Shown: positions 1 through 10,340, counted from the first letter of the stretch. The stretch: DNA of 64,000 bases from Gammaproteobacteria bacterium (GCA_037381915.1 JARRQJ010000003.1:71794-135793); one strand, 5' to 3'. The notes: generated by a model not told the origin, from the letters alone. Program-made: numbers and translations.

Positions 1-26
1 GGCCGAACTGGCTGGACGCGCTGGGA

Positions 27-740
27 GTGAATCGAATGTGGCTGCCGCGGGTCACCGCGCCCGGCAGCCCCCTGGGGCCGGTAACCGAATCCGTCTCCCG
101 GCGCTTCGGGCTCGCGCCCCATTGCCAAATCGTGGCCGGGACCACCGACAGCATTGCCGGCTTTCTCGCCACCGGCGCCGAGCGGCTCGGCGAAGCGGTG
201 ACCTCCCTGGGTTCGACCCTTGCGGTCAAAATCCTGTCCAAAGGGCCGGTCTTTGCACCGGATTGCGGCGTCTACAGCCATCGCCTCGGCACGCGGTGGC
301 TGGCCGGCGGCGCCTCCAACAGCGGCGGCGCGGTGTTGCGCCATTATTTCTCGCAAGCGGAATTGGACGCCCTCACCCCGCAACTGGACCCCGAGCATCC
401 CACCGGGCTCGATTATTACCCCTTGCTCGCGCCGGGTGAACGCTTCCCCGTCGCCGATCCGGAATTCATGCCGCGCCTGTCTCCCCGCCCCTCGCAGGCG
501 CTGCAATTTTTTCAGGGGATGCTGGAGGGGATGGCTCGCATCGAAGCCGACGCCTACCGCCGTCTCGCCGCCATGGGAGCCCCTTTTCCCGGCTCGGTAA
601 GGACGGTGGGGGGCGGTGCCGTCAACGCCGCCTGGACGCGCATCCGTGCGCGAGAGCTCAAGGTGCCCATGATTGCTCCGCGACATACCGAGGCCGCCTA
701 CGGCGCCGCATTGCTGGCAGCGGGGCGCACGCCGCCATGA
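27..740 (+). CDS. FGGY-family carbohydrate kinase, C-terminal portion (5' end lies outside window)
   Basis: ORF runs from window edge; C-terminal FGGY kinase-like motifs (GTTDSIAGFLATG, AGGASNSGGAVLRHYF); overlaps next gene by ATGA. Confidence 0.55.
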   Translation: MNRMWLPRVTAPGSPLGPVTESVSRRFGLAPHCQIVAGTTDSIAGFLATGAERLGEAVTSLGSTLAVKILSKGPVFAPDCGVYSHRLGTRWLAGGASNSGGAVLRHYFSQAELDALTPQLDPEHPTGLDYYPLLAPGERFPVADPEFMPRLSPRPSQALQFFQGMLEGMARIEADAYRRLAAMGAPFPGSVRTVGGGAVNAAWTRIRARELKVPMIAPRHTEAAYGAALLAAGRTPP

Positions 741-1489
741 GTGTGTTCGCGCCCCTGCACGGCGCCGCCTATCTATGGCGCGGCTTCCGGCTCATCGGCC
801 AAGACGGTCTGCGGCGCTACGTCATAGCGCCGCTCATCATCAACACCGCCCTGTTCGGCAGTGCAATCTGGTACGGGGCCGATAAATTCGAGTCCTTCAT
901 CGACGGGCTGTTGCCCTCCTGGCTTGACTGGCTGCAATGGCTGTTGTGGCCGCTGTTCGCCGTCACGGTACTGGTTGCAAGCTTTTACACCTTCACCATC
1001 GTCGCCAATTTCATCTCCTCACCCTTCAACGGCCTGCTCGCTGCACAAGTGGAGCGACGTCTGGCGGCGGGACAGGCACTGGCACCGCAAGCGGAGTTTT
1101 CCGTCCTGGAGTCCTTCCAGCATGAAGTGAAAAAAATACTGTTCCTGCTGGGTTGGGCCATCCCCCTGGCGGTGTTGTTTCTCATCCCCGGCCTCAATCT
1201 GCTGGCGCCGTTCGCCTGGCTGATATTCAGCACCTGGATGCTGGTTCTGGAGTATTGCGACTATCCCATGGGCAACCATGGCATCCCTTTCCACGACCAG
1301 CGGCGGTTATTGCGTGGACGCCCTTTTCTGAACTTGGGATTCGGCGCCGCCACGCTATTGGCCACCAGTATCCCCGTGGTGAACTTTTTCGCGCTCCCCG
1401 CCGCGGTGGCCGGTGCCACCGCGTTGTGGGCCGAAAATCTGCGGGAACCCAGGGCCGCTAACAACCCCACAGGGGCAAAAGATCGGTGA
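737..1489 (+). CDS. cysZ: CysZ-like (EI24 family) putative sulfate transporter membrane protein
   Basis: 250 aa, multiple hydrophobic segments, N-terminal MSVFAPLHGAAYLWRGFRLI typical of CysZ family; recalled family pattern, not searched. Confidence 0.5.
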   Translation: MSVFAPLHGAAYLWRGFRLIGQDGLRRYVIAPLIINTALFGSAIWYGADKFESFIDGLLPSWLDWLQWLLWPLFAVTVLVASFYTFTIVANFISSPFNGLLAAQVERRLAAGQALAPQAEFSVLESFQHEVKKILFLLGWAIPLAVLFLIPGLNLLAPFAWLIFSTWMLVLEYCDYPMGNHGIPFHDQRRLLRGRPFLNLGFGAATLLATSIPVVNFFALPAAVAGATALWAENLREPRAANNPTGAKDR

Positions 1490-2570
1490 GCAGGATCGAC
1501 TCGTCACGCGCCACGATCTCCTTGATGGCCCATTCCCGGCTTGCGGTGGCGCGCGGCAGGGGCCGGGGATAGGCGACACCGCGTGGCGTGATGACGCTGG
1601 CGACATGCGGCGATATCCCCTCCTGGCCGCGATGGGTCACCACCGCGATGTCACCGTTGTTCAATCGCACGAATGCACCGGGGGGATAGACCCCCAATTC
1701 CTTGATGAACATCTCCGACAGGAATTGATCGACTTCGTTGCCCTGCGCTAGCAGGACCTGTCGCAAGGCATTGGTGGGCAACATAGCGGAACGGTACAGG
1801 CGCTCGGAGACCTTAGCATGATAAACATCAGCAATGGCCACGATGCGTGCGCCTTCATGAATGGCATCGTCGCGCAGCCCGCGGGGATAGCCCTGGCCGT
1901 CCAAGCGCTCGTGATGCTGCAACACGATTTCCAACCCTAGCTCGTCCTCCACGCCCGCCTGGCGCAGCAAGGTCACACTCCGCTCGGGATGGTGCCGGAC
2001 TTCCCGGCGCTGGCTGTCGGTGATCCCGCCCTGTTTGAGCAGTTGCTCCTGCAACTCCAACATGCCGACATTGGCGGTCAGGGTGGCGACAATGATGGGC
2101 TGCCGCTCGTCGGGCAACTTGCCCATGCGGCTTGTCACCAGTTCCACCAGCAGGGCGCTATGAATAAGATGGCGAACCGCATACTTGCCCTCACGCTCGA
2201 GATGAATGGCCGCCAAGGCCGCATCCGCGTCTTCCGCGCACATCACCTGGATAGCGACGCACAGCTCTTCGAGTTGCCCAATCTTGAAATCCGGGCTGCC
2301 TGTCGCGATGGCCTTGAGCAGGACGTTGAGACGACCCATCCACTCACCAATGACGAAAAACGGTACTCGGTGATGAACGGCCGTGGCGCGCGCATGTTCC
2401 TCATCTTCACTGTCGCGATAGATGGCGCGTTCCAGCAGCAGCGCCATGCGTTCCGGGGTATCGAGGACCATTCCTTTGCCCAACAGCGACCGTCCTCTGA
2501 CGTCGAACAGCGTCCAGGGCAAAGGCGTTCCCGCCCGCAATTGATCCCTTTCACGGCTTAATTTGATCAC
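1458..2570 (-). CDS. HD-GYP domain phosphodiesterase with N-terminal uncharacterized sensor region
   Basis: 370 aa; HD motif and HHERLDGQGYP (HD-GYP signature). Confidence 0.75.
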   Translation of the reverse strand: MIKLSRERDQLRAGTPLPWTLFDVRGRSLLGKGMVLDTPERMALLLERAIYRDSEDEEHARATAVHHRVPFFVIGEWMGRLNVLLKAIATGSPDFKIGQLEELCVAIQVMCAEDADAALAAIHLEREGKYAVRHLIHSALLVELVTSRMGKLPDERQPIIVATLTANVGMLELQEQLLKQGGITDSQRREVRHHPERSVTLLRQAGVEDELGLEIVLQHHERLDGQGYPRGLRDDAIHEGARIVAIADVYHAKVSERLYRSAMLPTNALRQVLLAQGNEVDQFLSEMFIKELGVYPPGAFVRLNNGDIAVVTHRGQEGISPHVASVITPRGVAYPRPLPRATASREWAIKEIVARDESILLTDLLPLWGC

Positions 2571-2671
2571 GCATACTCTCCGCTGGCTTGAAATCCAACG
2601 ACATCATGGCATCCGTAGTATTCTTCCAGCTTGTTCATCCGACAATTTATCCCATCACATCGCGACTGGGA

Positions 2672-3859
2672 TTACCGTTTACTGAGGTACTCACGGAGGC
2701 GGCGAACACCCTCCTTGAGATTCTCCAGAGAAGTGGTATAGGCGAAACGCAGGTAGTGTTCGGGCCGGTTATGTCCAAAGTCGCTGCCCGGCGTCACCGC
2801 CACACCAACCTGCTTCAGAATGTCCGCAGCGAAACCGAAGCTGTCGGCCGTGAAACGCCGGCAATCGGCATACACATAAAATGCGCCGCCGGGCGTCACC
2901 GGCACCACGAAGCCCAACTCGCGCAGGGCGGAGAGCAGATAGTCGCGGCGCCGGGCAAACTCGCGCCGCCGGCCCTCGAGGATGGTGATGGTTTCGGGCT
3001 GAAAGGCCGCCAAGGCGGCGTATTGCGCCGGCGTCGATGCGGCCAGGAATATATTTTGCGCCAGCTTCTCCACATGTGCCGTATAGCGTTCGGGCATCAC
3101 CAGCCAGCCGAGGCGCCACCCGGTCATCCCGAAATATTTGGAGAAGCTGTTCACCACAAACACCTGATCGGAGAAACTCAGGGCGGTGGCGGGCGGCTCA
3201 TCCTCGTAAACCAGACCATGGTAGATCTCATCCACGATGGCGCAGCCGTGTCTTTCCGCCACCGCTCCGAGCGTCTTCTCCAGGACGTCGGGAGCGATCA
3301 GGGTCCCGGTGGGGTTGGCGGGCGAGGCCACCATCAAGGCGGCGCTGCGCGCTGTCCATGCCGCCGTCACCTGTTCGGCAGTGGGCTGGAAGGCGGTGTC
3401 CGCACCCACATTGAGAATCGCGGCCTCGCCGCCGGCCAGCCGCACCAGATGGCGATTGCACGGATAACCGGGGTCGGTCAGCAGCACCTGATCCCCGGGA
3501 TTGATCAGCAAGGCCAGCACCAGCTGCAATGCGCCCGAGGCCCCAGGGGTGATAGCGATACGCGCCGGCGAGACTTCAACACGGTAGCGCTCCTTATAAA
3601 AGCCACTGATCGCCTCGCGGAGCGCTGTCAGCCCCAGCGCCGGGGTGTAATGGGTGTGCCCTTCCCGCAACGCCCGTATCCCCGCCTCCACGACAGGAGG
3701 AGGCGTCGTAAAATCCGGCTCACCGATTTCCATATGGACCAGCGAACGGCCGGCGGCCTCCATCAGGCGCGCCCGTGCCAAGATATTCATCACCTGAAAG
3801 GGCTCGATGTCCCGTGCCCGATGTGAGAGCCGCAGTGGCTGAGAGGCATCTATGGCCAT
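2672..3859 (-). CDS. PLP-dependent aminotransferase, class I/II (aspartate/alanine aminotransferase-like)
   Basis: Long ORF; fold-type I aminotransferase motifs (SFSKYFGMTGWRLGW lysine region); start placed at internal Met (MAIDASQ) rather than ORF-track Met. Confidence 0.8.
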   Translation of the reverse strand: MAIDASQPLRLSHRARDIEPFQVMNILARARLMEAAGRSLVHMEIGEPDFTTPPPVVEAGIRALREGHTHYTPALGLTALREAISGFYKERYRVEVSPARIAITPGASGALQLVLALLINPGDQVLLTDPGYPCNRHLVRLAGGEAAILNVGADTAFQPTAEQVTAAWTARSAALMVASPANPTGTLIAPDVLEKTLGAVAERHGCAIVDEIYHGLVYEDEPPATALSFSDQVFVVNSFSKYFGMTGWRLGWLVMPERYTAHVEKLAQNIFLAASTPAQYAALAAFQPETITILEGRRREFARRRDYLLSALRELGFVVPVTPGGAFYVYADCRRFTADSFGFAADILKQVGVAVTPGSDFGHNRPEHYLRFAYTTSLENLKEGVRRLREYLSKR

Positions 3860-3869
3860 GGCGAGCCGG

Positions 3870-4658
3870 CTATCCCTGCTCGGCGACGCGCAACTCTTCG
3901 CCACCGAACACCCGGCGCAGCGTGTCCACATCGATTATCGCCGCGCCGTAAGCATCGCCGGCCAGGACCTTCATGGCATGGCCGGGTTCACCGAGCTGAT
4001 CCACGACCAGGAGGGCCCCGTCGAAACGCTCATCGCGGGTATAATCACTCACGGTCACCAATGTCCTGAGATCGGCCGCCAGGGCCGAGCGGAGGCCGTT
4101 GGTGGAATCTTCCACCGCCAGGCATTGGGCCGGACTCAGCTGCAAGGCATCCAAGGTGTAATGATAGATATCCGGCGCCGGCTTCTTCGCCGCCACCATA
4201 TCGCCCGCCGCAATCACTTCGAACCAGCTCGCCGCGTCAGGATCCAAGGAATGCTCCAACAAGGCCTCGACATTCTCCAGGGAAGTCGTGGTGGCAATGG
4301 CCAGACGCAGTCCCGCCTGCTGCGCCTCCTGCAGGAGCCGCTTTACGCCCGGCCGCAGGGGAATCTCGCCGGCGACCACCATATCGGCGTAATAGCCGTT
4401 CTTGGCGCGGTGCAAACCTGCAATGAATTCGTCGAGGGCACCGGGTGCCGTAAATTCCGGATGGTAATTCTGGATGTAATGAAGGATGCGCTCTTTGCCC
4501 CCGGTCACCGCCAGCAGTTTTCCGTAGAGATCCACCGACCAGTGCCAATTCAAGCCCGCCTCGGCAAAGGCCTTATTAAAGGCGACGCGGTGGCCGGTGG
4601 CCTCGGTATCCGCCAAGGTGCCATCCACATCAAATATCAACGCCGTCAATTCGCTCAT
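3870..4658 (-). CDS. cbbY: HAD-superfamily hydrolase, CbbY-like phosphatase
   Basis: N-terminal LIFDVDGTLADTE HAD motif I; overall similarity to CbbY family (recalled). Confidence 0.65.
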   Translation of the reverse strand: MSELTALIFDVDGTLADTEATGHRVAFNKAFAEAGLNWHWSVDLYGKLLAVTGGKERILHYIQNYHPEFTAPGALDEFIAGLHRAKNGYYADMVVAGEIPLRPGVKRLLQEAQQAGLRLAIATTTSLENVEALLEHSLDPDAASWFEVIAAGDMVAAKKPAPDIYHYTLDALQLSPAQCLAVEDSTNGLRSALAADLRTLVTVSDYTRDERFDGALLVVDQLGEPGHAMKVLAGDAYGAAIIDVDTLRRVFGGEELRVAEQG

Positions 4659-4852
4659 GTCAAGACCCCGAATCTAAAATCTCTACTGATCCACTATGCT
4701 AACATATCACAATCAAGCGCTTACACCTCCCCGCCCCATTCCCGCCCCAAACACGCTCGGCGCGATATTCAGGAAACCGACTCGGAATTCTTGCGTCTCA
4801 CCGCATGTTTTGGTATAGAAACCAGCTTTATTTCAGGCCGGAGACAAAAAGC

Positions 4853-5500
4853 ATGTCCGCAGTGAAGAAGTTAAAAGCCAAACCCGCAGCTTTGAAGGCT
4901 GCCAAAAAGGCCCCTACCAAGGCAAAGGGCGGCACCAAGTCCGCCGCCGCCAAACCCGCCAAAAAGGTCGCCGTCAAGAAAGCTCCGAGCAAACCCAGAG
5001 CGGCCACACCGAAGGTGGTAGCGTCCACGCCCAAGTCCGCCGCCAAGGCCAAGCCCAGACCCAAGGCCAGGCCCAACGGCGACTTGATGAGCTTCAAGAA
5101 TTACGAGCCCTATCCGCTGCGGAAGGGCGAGGAATACATGAACGAGGCCCAGGTGTCCCACTTCCGCAATATCCTCAACTCTTGGAAGAAGGAACTGATG
5201 GAAGAGGTGGATCGCACCATGCACTATATGCAGGATGAAGCGGCCAACTTTCCCGATCCCAATGACCGCGCCTCGCAGGAGTCCGATTTCACCTTGGAAC
5301 TGCGCGCCCGCGACCGGGAACGCAAACTCATCAAGAAAATCGATGAGGCCCTGCAACGCCTCGATGACCATGAATACGGCGAATGCGAAAGCTGCGGTGT
5401 GGAAATCGGCATCCGCCGCCTGGAGGCCCGCCCCACGGCCACCCTGTGCATCGACTGCAAGACCCTGGACGAAATCCGTGAAAAGCAAATGGGCGACTGA
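4853..5500 (+). CDS. dksA: RNA polymerase-binding transcription factor DksA with ~80-aa histone H1/AlgP-like Lys-Ala-Pro-rich N-terminal extension
   Basis: C-terminal 140 aa align closely with E. coli DksA (EEYMNEAQ..HFR.IL, DEAANFPDP.DRA, 4-Cys zinc finger CESCGVEIGIRRLEARPTA.LCIDCKT); ATG at 4853 has GGAGAC RBS; N-terminus is AKKAPTKAKGG..AAKPAKK low-complexity. Confidence 0.85.
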   Translation: MSAVKKLKAKPAALKAAKKAPTKAKGGTKSAAAKPAKKVAVKKAPSKPRAATPKVVASTPKSAAKAKPRPKARPNGDLMSFKNYEPYPLRKGEEYMNEAQVSHFRNILNSWKKELMEEVDRTMHYMQDEAANFPDPNDRASQESDFTLELRARDRERKLIKKIDEALQRLDDHEYGECESCGVEIGIRRLEARPTATLCIDCKTLDEIREKQMGD

Positions 5501-5683
5501 GCAAATCGACCAACTTAAGGAGGGCGCGGGGTGCGGCGTGATGCATTAATCTCGCTTCCCCGCCCCTCGTCTCCTTACCCACCGCTACGTAGCATTCGGT
5601 CATTGCCAGACGGTGCATCACGCTCCGGCAATTGTTAACATTGGCGGATTGCGGACGCCCGCGTAAATCGCATGGGGAGCGCT

Positions 5684-7651
5684 ATGAGTACCGAGAATAT
5701 CGATTCCATTCTGCAAGAAGAGCGGCTGTTTCCGCCCCCCGACTCCTTCGCTGCCAAAGCGCGCGTTCACTCGCTCGAGGATCTACAGGCCTTGCACCGT
5801 CGCGCCGAGAAAGATCACGCCGGTTTCTGGGGAGACCTGGCCCGCCGGGAGATCAGCTGGAACAGGCCCTTTCAAAGCATCCTCGACGACGGCAACGCCC
5901 CCCAATACCGCTGGTTTCATGACGGACAGCTCAATGTATCGTTCAATTGCCTGGACCGCCAATTGGCCGAAAGAGGCGAGAAGACCGCCATCATCTTCGA
6001 AGGCGAAAAAGGCGATGTCCGCACGCTGAGCTACGCGCAACTACATGAACAAGTGTGTCGCTTCGCCAACAGCCTCAAGGCCCACGGCATCGCTGAAGGT
6101 GACCGGGTGGTGATCTATATGCCCATGATCCCCGAGGCGGTGATCGCCATGCAGGCCTGCGCCCGCATCGGCGCCATTCACTCGGTGGTGTTCGGCGGTT
6201 TTTCCGCTGAATCCCTCAAGGACCGGATCAACGACGCCGGGGCGAAGATGCTCATCACCGCCGACGGCGGCCATCGCGGCGGCAAGATCATCGAACTCAA
6301 GTCCGCCGCCGACAAGGCCCTGGACCACGGCTGTCCCACTATTGAAACGGTCATCGTCTACCGCCGCACCGGCCACGAGGTGCCCATGCGCAGCGGGCGC
6401 GACCTGTGGTGGTCCGACGCCGTCGCCGGGCAATCCACGCAGTGCGATCCGGTGTGGGTGGACAGCGAACACCCCCTGTTTCTGCTCTACACCTCCGGCT
6501 CCACCGGCAAACCCAAGGGCATCCAGCACTCCAGCGGCGGCTATCTGCTCGGCGCCATTGTCACCATGCAATGGGTGTTCGACATTCAAGACGACGATAT
6601 ATTCTGGTGCACCGCCGACGTGGGTTGGATCACCGGACACAGCTATGTGGCCTACGGCCCCCTGGCCTGCGGCGCCACTATGCTCATGTACGAGGGCTCG
6701 CCGGCCGTCCCCGACACCGGGCGCTTCTGGAAACTCTGTCAGGATCATAAGGTGACGATCTTCTACACCGCACCCACCGCCATCCGCGCCCTGATGAAGA
6801 GCGGCGACGCGGTGCCGGGACGCTACGATCTCTCCCGGCTGCGCCTGCTGGGCACCGTGGGCGAACCCATCAACCCCGAGGCGTGGATGTGGTACCACCG
6901 GGTGATCGGCAAGGGACGCTGCCCCATCGTTGACACCTGGTGGCAGACGGAAACCGGCGCGCACATGATTGCCCCTATCCCCGGCGCCACCGCCACCAAA
7001 CCCGGCTCCTGCACCCAGCCCCTGCCGGGCATCGATGCCGACGTGGTGGACGAACAGGGCAACAGCATCAGCGTGCCCGACAAGGGCGGCTATCTGGTGG
7101 TGAAGAAACCCTGGCCGTTCATGCTGCGTACCATCTGGGGCGATCACGAACGTTACGTGAGTACCTATTGGAGCAAGTTCGACGGCAGGTATTATCTGGC
7201 CGGCGACAGCGCGCGCCGCGACAAGGACGGTTACTTTTGGATCATGGGCCGCATCGACGATGTGCTGAATGTCTCCGGCCATCGTCTCGGAACCATGGAA
7301 GTGGAATCAGCCCTGGTGGCGCACCCGCGGGTCGCCGAAGCGGCGGTGGTGGGGCGGCCGGACGATATCAAGGGCGAGGCGATCTTCGCCTACGTGGTGC
7401 TGAAGGGTGAACGCCCGGCGAACGGCGTCGACACGGCCCTCACGGAGGAACTGCGCAACTGGGTCGGGGAACAAATCGGCCATATCGCGAAACCGGATGA
7501 CATCCGCTACGCCGACAACCTGCCCAAGACCCGCTCGGGAAAGATCATGCGCCGGCTACTGCGCGCCATCGCCGCGGGCGAAACCATCACCCAGGATACC
7601 TCCACCCTGGAGAATGAGGCGATTCTGCAGCAATTGCAGGGCAAAGGATAA
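5684..7651 (+). CDS. acs: Acetyl-CoA synthetase (AMP-forming)
   Basis: 655-aa ORF; Acs N-terminus ([25 protein letters not shown]), AMP-binding motif [12 protein letters not shown]-terminal [11 protein letters not shown]. Confidence 0.9.
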   Translation: MSTENIDSILQEERLFPPPDSFAAKARVHSLEDLQALHRRAEKDHAGFWGDLARREISWNRPFQSILDDGNAPQYRWFHDGQLNVSFNCLDRQLAERGEKTAIIFEGEKGDVRTLSYAQLHEQVCRFANSLKAHGIAEGDRVVIYMPMIPEAVIAMQACARIGAIHSVVFGGFSAESLKDRINDAGAKMLITADGGHRGGKIIELKSAADKALDHGCPTIETVIVYRRTGHEVPMRSGRDLWWSDAVAGQSTQCDPVWVDSEHPLFLLYTSGSTGKPKGIQHSSGGYLLGAIVTMQWVFDIQDDDIFWCTADVGWITGHSYVAYGPLACGATMLMYEGSPAVPDTGRFWKLCQDHKVTIFYTAPTAIRALMKSGDAVPGRYDLSRLRLLGTVGEPINPEAWMWYHRVIGKGRCPIVDTWWQTETGAHMIAPIPGATATKPGSCTQPLPGIDADVVDEQGNSISVPDKGGYLVVKKPWPFMLRTIWGDHERYVSTYWSKFDGRYYLAGDSARRDKDGYFWIMGRIDDVLNVSGHRLGTMEVESALVAHPRVAEAAVVGRPDDIKGEAIFAYVVLKGERPANGVDTALTEELRNWVGEQIGHIAKPDDIRYADNLPKTRSGKIMRRLLRAIAAGETITQDTSTLENEAILQQLQGKG

Positions 7652-7777
7652 GGCCTCGGGTCACAGCCGGCCGGACGAAGCACGGCCGCCCCTCCTCGTA
7701 ATCAGGCGCCGCAGGTGCCGACATAGGATTGCCGTCCGCTCCTCCCTTGCCGGCGCACGGCCTGTCACGTGCGGCGG

Positions 7778-8221
7778 TCAGCCTTCCACTTGGATACGGC
7801 GGGCTTGCGCCTTCCGGCGCTTCGGGATGACCACCCGTAACACCCCGTTCTTGCCGTGCGCGGTGATGCCCTCCGCGTCCGCCGTCTCGGGCATGACAAA
7901 GCGCCGATGAAAGCCGCCGGCCGACCGTTCGCGACGCTTGAAGACACCATTTTCCGCGGCGGGTTGCACGCTGCGCGTCCCGCTCAAGCTGAGAACGTTC
8001 CGTTCCATGCTCACTTCGATATCGGCAGGGTCCACTCCCGGTACGTCGGCGTCGATTACGTATTGATTTTCCTGTTCCTGAATATCCACCAACGGCACCC
8101 AATCGCCGGTCGCCGCCGCGGTACGCTCGCGCCGCCCGCCAGACCGTGAATCAAACAGGCGGCCCGCCTCGCGTTGCAATTGATGCATCAGGGCAAAAGG
8201 ATCATAGCTGATCGCGGCCAT
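7778..8221 (-). CDS. Hsp20/alpha-crystallin family small heat-shock protein
   Basis: 147 aa; alpha-crystallin domain pattern (WVPLVDI.E....Y.I..D.PGV...DI.V....VL...G.R); preceded by sigma-32-like promoter. Confidence 0.8.
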   Translation of the reverse strand: MAAISYDPFALMHQLQREAGRLFDSRSGGRRERTAAATGDWVPLVDIQEQENQYVIDADVPGVDPADIEVSMERNVLSLSGTRSVQPAAENGVFKRRERSAGGFHRRFVMPETADAEGITAHGKNGVLRVVIPKRRKAQARRIQVEG

Positions 8222-8261
8222 GACAATCCTCCATTAGACAATTACTGATTACCTGTTTATT

Positions 8262-8290
8262 TAAATAGGGATCGAAGAGCCGATTTCAAG
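8262..8290 (-). promoter_or_regulatory. Candidate sigma-32 (RpoH) heat-shock promoter for hsp20: CTTGAAA-N13-CCCTATTTA
   Basis: Minus strand reads CCCTTGAAATCGGCTCTTCGATCCCTATTTAAAT about 40 nt upstream of the hsp20 ATG; matches the sigma-32 consensus CTTGAAA-N13/14-CCCCATnT. Confidence 0.45.
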
Positions 8291-8351
8291 GGCGGCAGGG
8301 CGCTTGACATGTTTCCGGGTTGCCCGGCAAAGCGAAGGAGCGATGTGCAGC

Positions 8352-9176
8352 TTACAAGGCCTGAAAGAGTTGGGCGCGGTAGTAGAGCAATAGGATCACA
8401 CCGAATACGATGCGGTACCATGCAAAGACCATGAAGGTATGCCCGGCGACGAATTTGATCAGCGCCTTGGTGGCGGCGAAGGCGCTGGCGAAGGCCGTGA
8501 CGAAACCCACGGCGAAGACCCCCAGTTCCTGAGCGTTCATTAGATCCCAATGCTTGTAGAGATCGTAGAATGAAGCGGCGAACATCACCGGCACGGCAAG
8601 AAAGAACGAGAATTCGGTGGCGGCCTGTCGCGACAGACCGAAAACTACCCCGCCGATGATGGTCGCCCCCGAACGCGACGTCCCCGGAATCAGTGCCAAA
8701 ACCTGGACCAGACCGATCTTAAGAGCGTCAATCCAGCGCATGTCGTCGACGCTATGGATACGCGGCGCATAGCGGCGGGCCTTTTCCACCCATATGATGA
8801 TCAGACCGCCGACGATGAAGGCGATGGCCACGGTGAAGGGCTGGAACAGATGGGCCTTGATCGCCTTGTTGAACAACAGGCCGAATACCGCCACCGGCAG
8901 AAAGGCAATAAACAAATTCCATACGAAGCGCCGCGCACCCTGCGTATGAGCCACACCACCGACCACTTGCACCAGGCGCACGCGGTACTCCCAGCAAATG
9001 GCCAGGATGGCGCCCAATTGAATGACAATCTCAAAGGCTTTGCCGATTTCGTCGTTGAAGTTCAACACATCGCCGACGATGATCAAATGTCCGGTGCTGG
9101 ATACCGGCAGAAATTCCGTCAAGCCCTCGACGAGACCGAGGGCGAGGGCTTTGATAAGCAGCAGCAAATCCATCAC
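8352..9176 (-). CDS. uppP: Undecaprenyl-diphosphate phosphatase
   Basis: 274 aa; N-terminus [20 protein letters not shown] and the SRSG motif typical of UppP/BacA. Confidence 0.9.
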   Translation of the reverse strand: MMDLLLLIKALALGLVEGLTEFLPVSSTGHLIIVGDVLNFNDEIGKAFEIVIQLGAILAICWEYRVRLVQVVGGVAHTQGARRFVWNLFIAFLPVAVFGLLFNKAIKAHLFQPFTVAIAFIVGGLIIIWVEKARRYAPRIHSVDDMRWIDALKIGLVQVLALIPGTSRSGATIIGGVVFGLSRQAATEFSFFLAVPVMFAASFYDLYKHWDLMNAQELGVFAVGFVTAFASAFAATKALIKFVAGHTFMVFAWYRIVFGVILLLYYRAQLFQAL

Positions 9177-9337
9177 GAGACCTTTGATTCAGCTAGCACA
9201 GGCCACAAGGCCGCCCATTATCATCGGGCCCGAGGTAATCGGCAAGCATAACAGGGCAATGATGACGAAATGATGTAAGGAAAGCTTCCCCGTTCTCTAC
9301 CGCGAGGGGTGCGCGGCACCCCTCGGGGCTGGAATTG

Positions 9338-9544
9338 TCAATATCTGAGATAATAGGGCAAGGCAAGGAGTACCACGCCGACGATGACCATTGCATAGGT
9401 ATTGGATACGAAGTACGGATACACCATCAAACCGATGCCGGATGCAAACGGCACGCCGCGCTTCTGCTTCTTGCCGTAAATGAAGTATGCAAACCCGATG
9501 GAGCCGAAGATCAGCCCCCAAAGCAGCGAAGCGGTGTTGTCCAT
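9338..9544 (-). CDS. Small (68 aa) two-helix membrane protein, uncharacterized
   Basis: ORF with two hydrophobic helices separated by a KKQKRG loop; no recognizable family; start chosen at MDNTAS. Confidence 0.35.
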   Translation of the reverse strand: MDNTASLLWGLIFGSIGFAYFIYGKKQKRGVPFASGIGLMVYPYFVSNTYAMVIVGVVLLALPYYLRY

Positions 9545-9773
9545 GTCATTCCTTTCCACTGTGGCCGATATTGAATCATCGACAAACTAGGCTGACTTCT
9601 CAAGGAACCGGATCTAAAACCCAAAATCACCTTTCCGTACCGATAAATAGGCTTGCAACCGCGGGGCGGATCAGTGATGACCCCACCGGTGGCCGGCGCG
9701 GGCATTCAGTGGCCCGGCGTCCCGGACGCACCCACGGCAGCCGTGCAAAGGGAGAGAATTGAAAAGCCGGGCA

Positions 9774-10340
9774 TCAATGCCCCGGTCGCCAGCCTGCACG
9801 GCTCACCATGGTCAGTGCCTCGTTCTTGACCGGCGAGTGTTTGTCGTTGGTCAATATGGTAAAGGTGCATACCACGTTGCCGACCGCTACCGCGCCCTGG
9901 GTCATGTATTTAAACTCCCCGGGCTTGGGCGCCCGATCGGTGGCATCGAAATAATAGCCGGGTCCTTGCGCTCCCCCCATGGTCACGATGCTGAGCTTGC
10001 CTTCCACCGACTCCGGCTCCGCGGCATGCGCCGCCTTGGCGACGATTTCATGGATACTCTTGGGAGTACCGAAAGCGCTGGCAGTGTGATGATCGGGCCA
10101 GCGTGGAGTCACGAATATGACAAACGGCGCGCCCTCGAAACCACTGATGAATATGGTCGGTGGGAAATCCCCGGGGTGCCTGCGCAACTCATCGTTCCAA
10201 TCCTTGGGCAAGCGCAGGTGCAGCTGGCCGTGACCGGGCATGGTATAGACTTTGTCCACGGCGCCATCGGCGGCCAAGACGACGTTACCAAACATGAAAC
10301 TGCATATGCCGGCGAGAAGAAAGATGCGTGAGAATTTCAC
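9774..10340 (-). CDS. Secreted hypothetical protein (188 aa) with cleavable signal peptide
   Basis: GTG start at 10340 preceded by a GGAGG RBS; N-terminus VKFSRIFLLAGICSFMFGNVVLA-ADG is a Sec signal peptide; no recognizable domain. Confidence 0.55.
   Translation of the reverse strand: MKFSRIFLLAGICSFMFGNVVLAADGAVDKVYTMPGHGQLHLRLPKDWNDELRRHPGDFPPTIFISGFEGAPFVIFVTPRWPDHHTASAFGTPKSIHEIVAKAAHAAEPESVEGKLSIVTMGGAQGPGYYFDATDRAPKPGEFKYMTQGAVAVGNVVCTFTILTNDKHSPVKNEALTMVSRAGWRPGH

Noticed and set aside
4805-4852. Upstream ATG (MFWYRNQLYF...) as the dksA start
   Set aside because: No RBS; the ATG at 4853 has a well-spaced GGAGAC and begins the Lys/Ala-rich tail cleanly.
3852-4865. 337-aa plus-strand ORF overlapping the cbbY-like gene and the dksA leader
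   Set aside because: Antisense to a well-supported HAD gene; its 3' part would run through the dksA promoter and RBS region.
6041-7282. 413-aa minus-strand ORF antisense to acs
   Set aside because: Lies entirely within the strongly supported acs gene; Gly/Ala/Arg-rich composition typical of spurious antisense frames in high-GC DNA; no motifs.
8754-9251. 165-aa plus-strand ORF antisense to uppP
   Set aside because: Overlaps uppP, whose membrane-protein signature is unambiguous.
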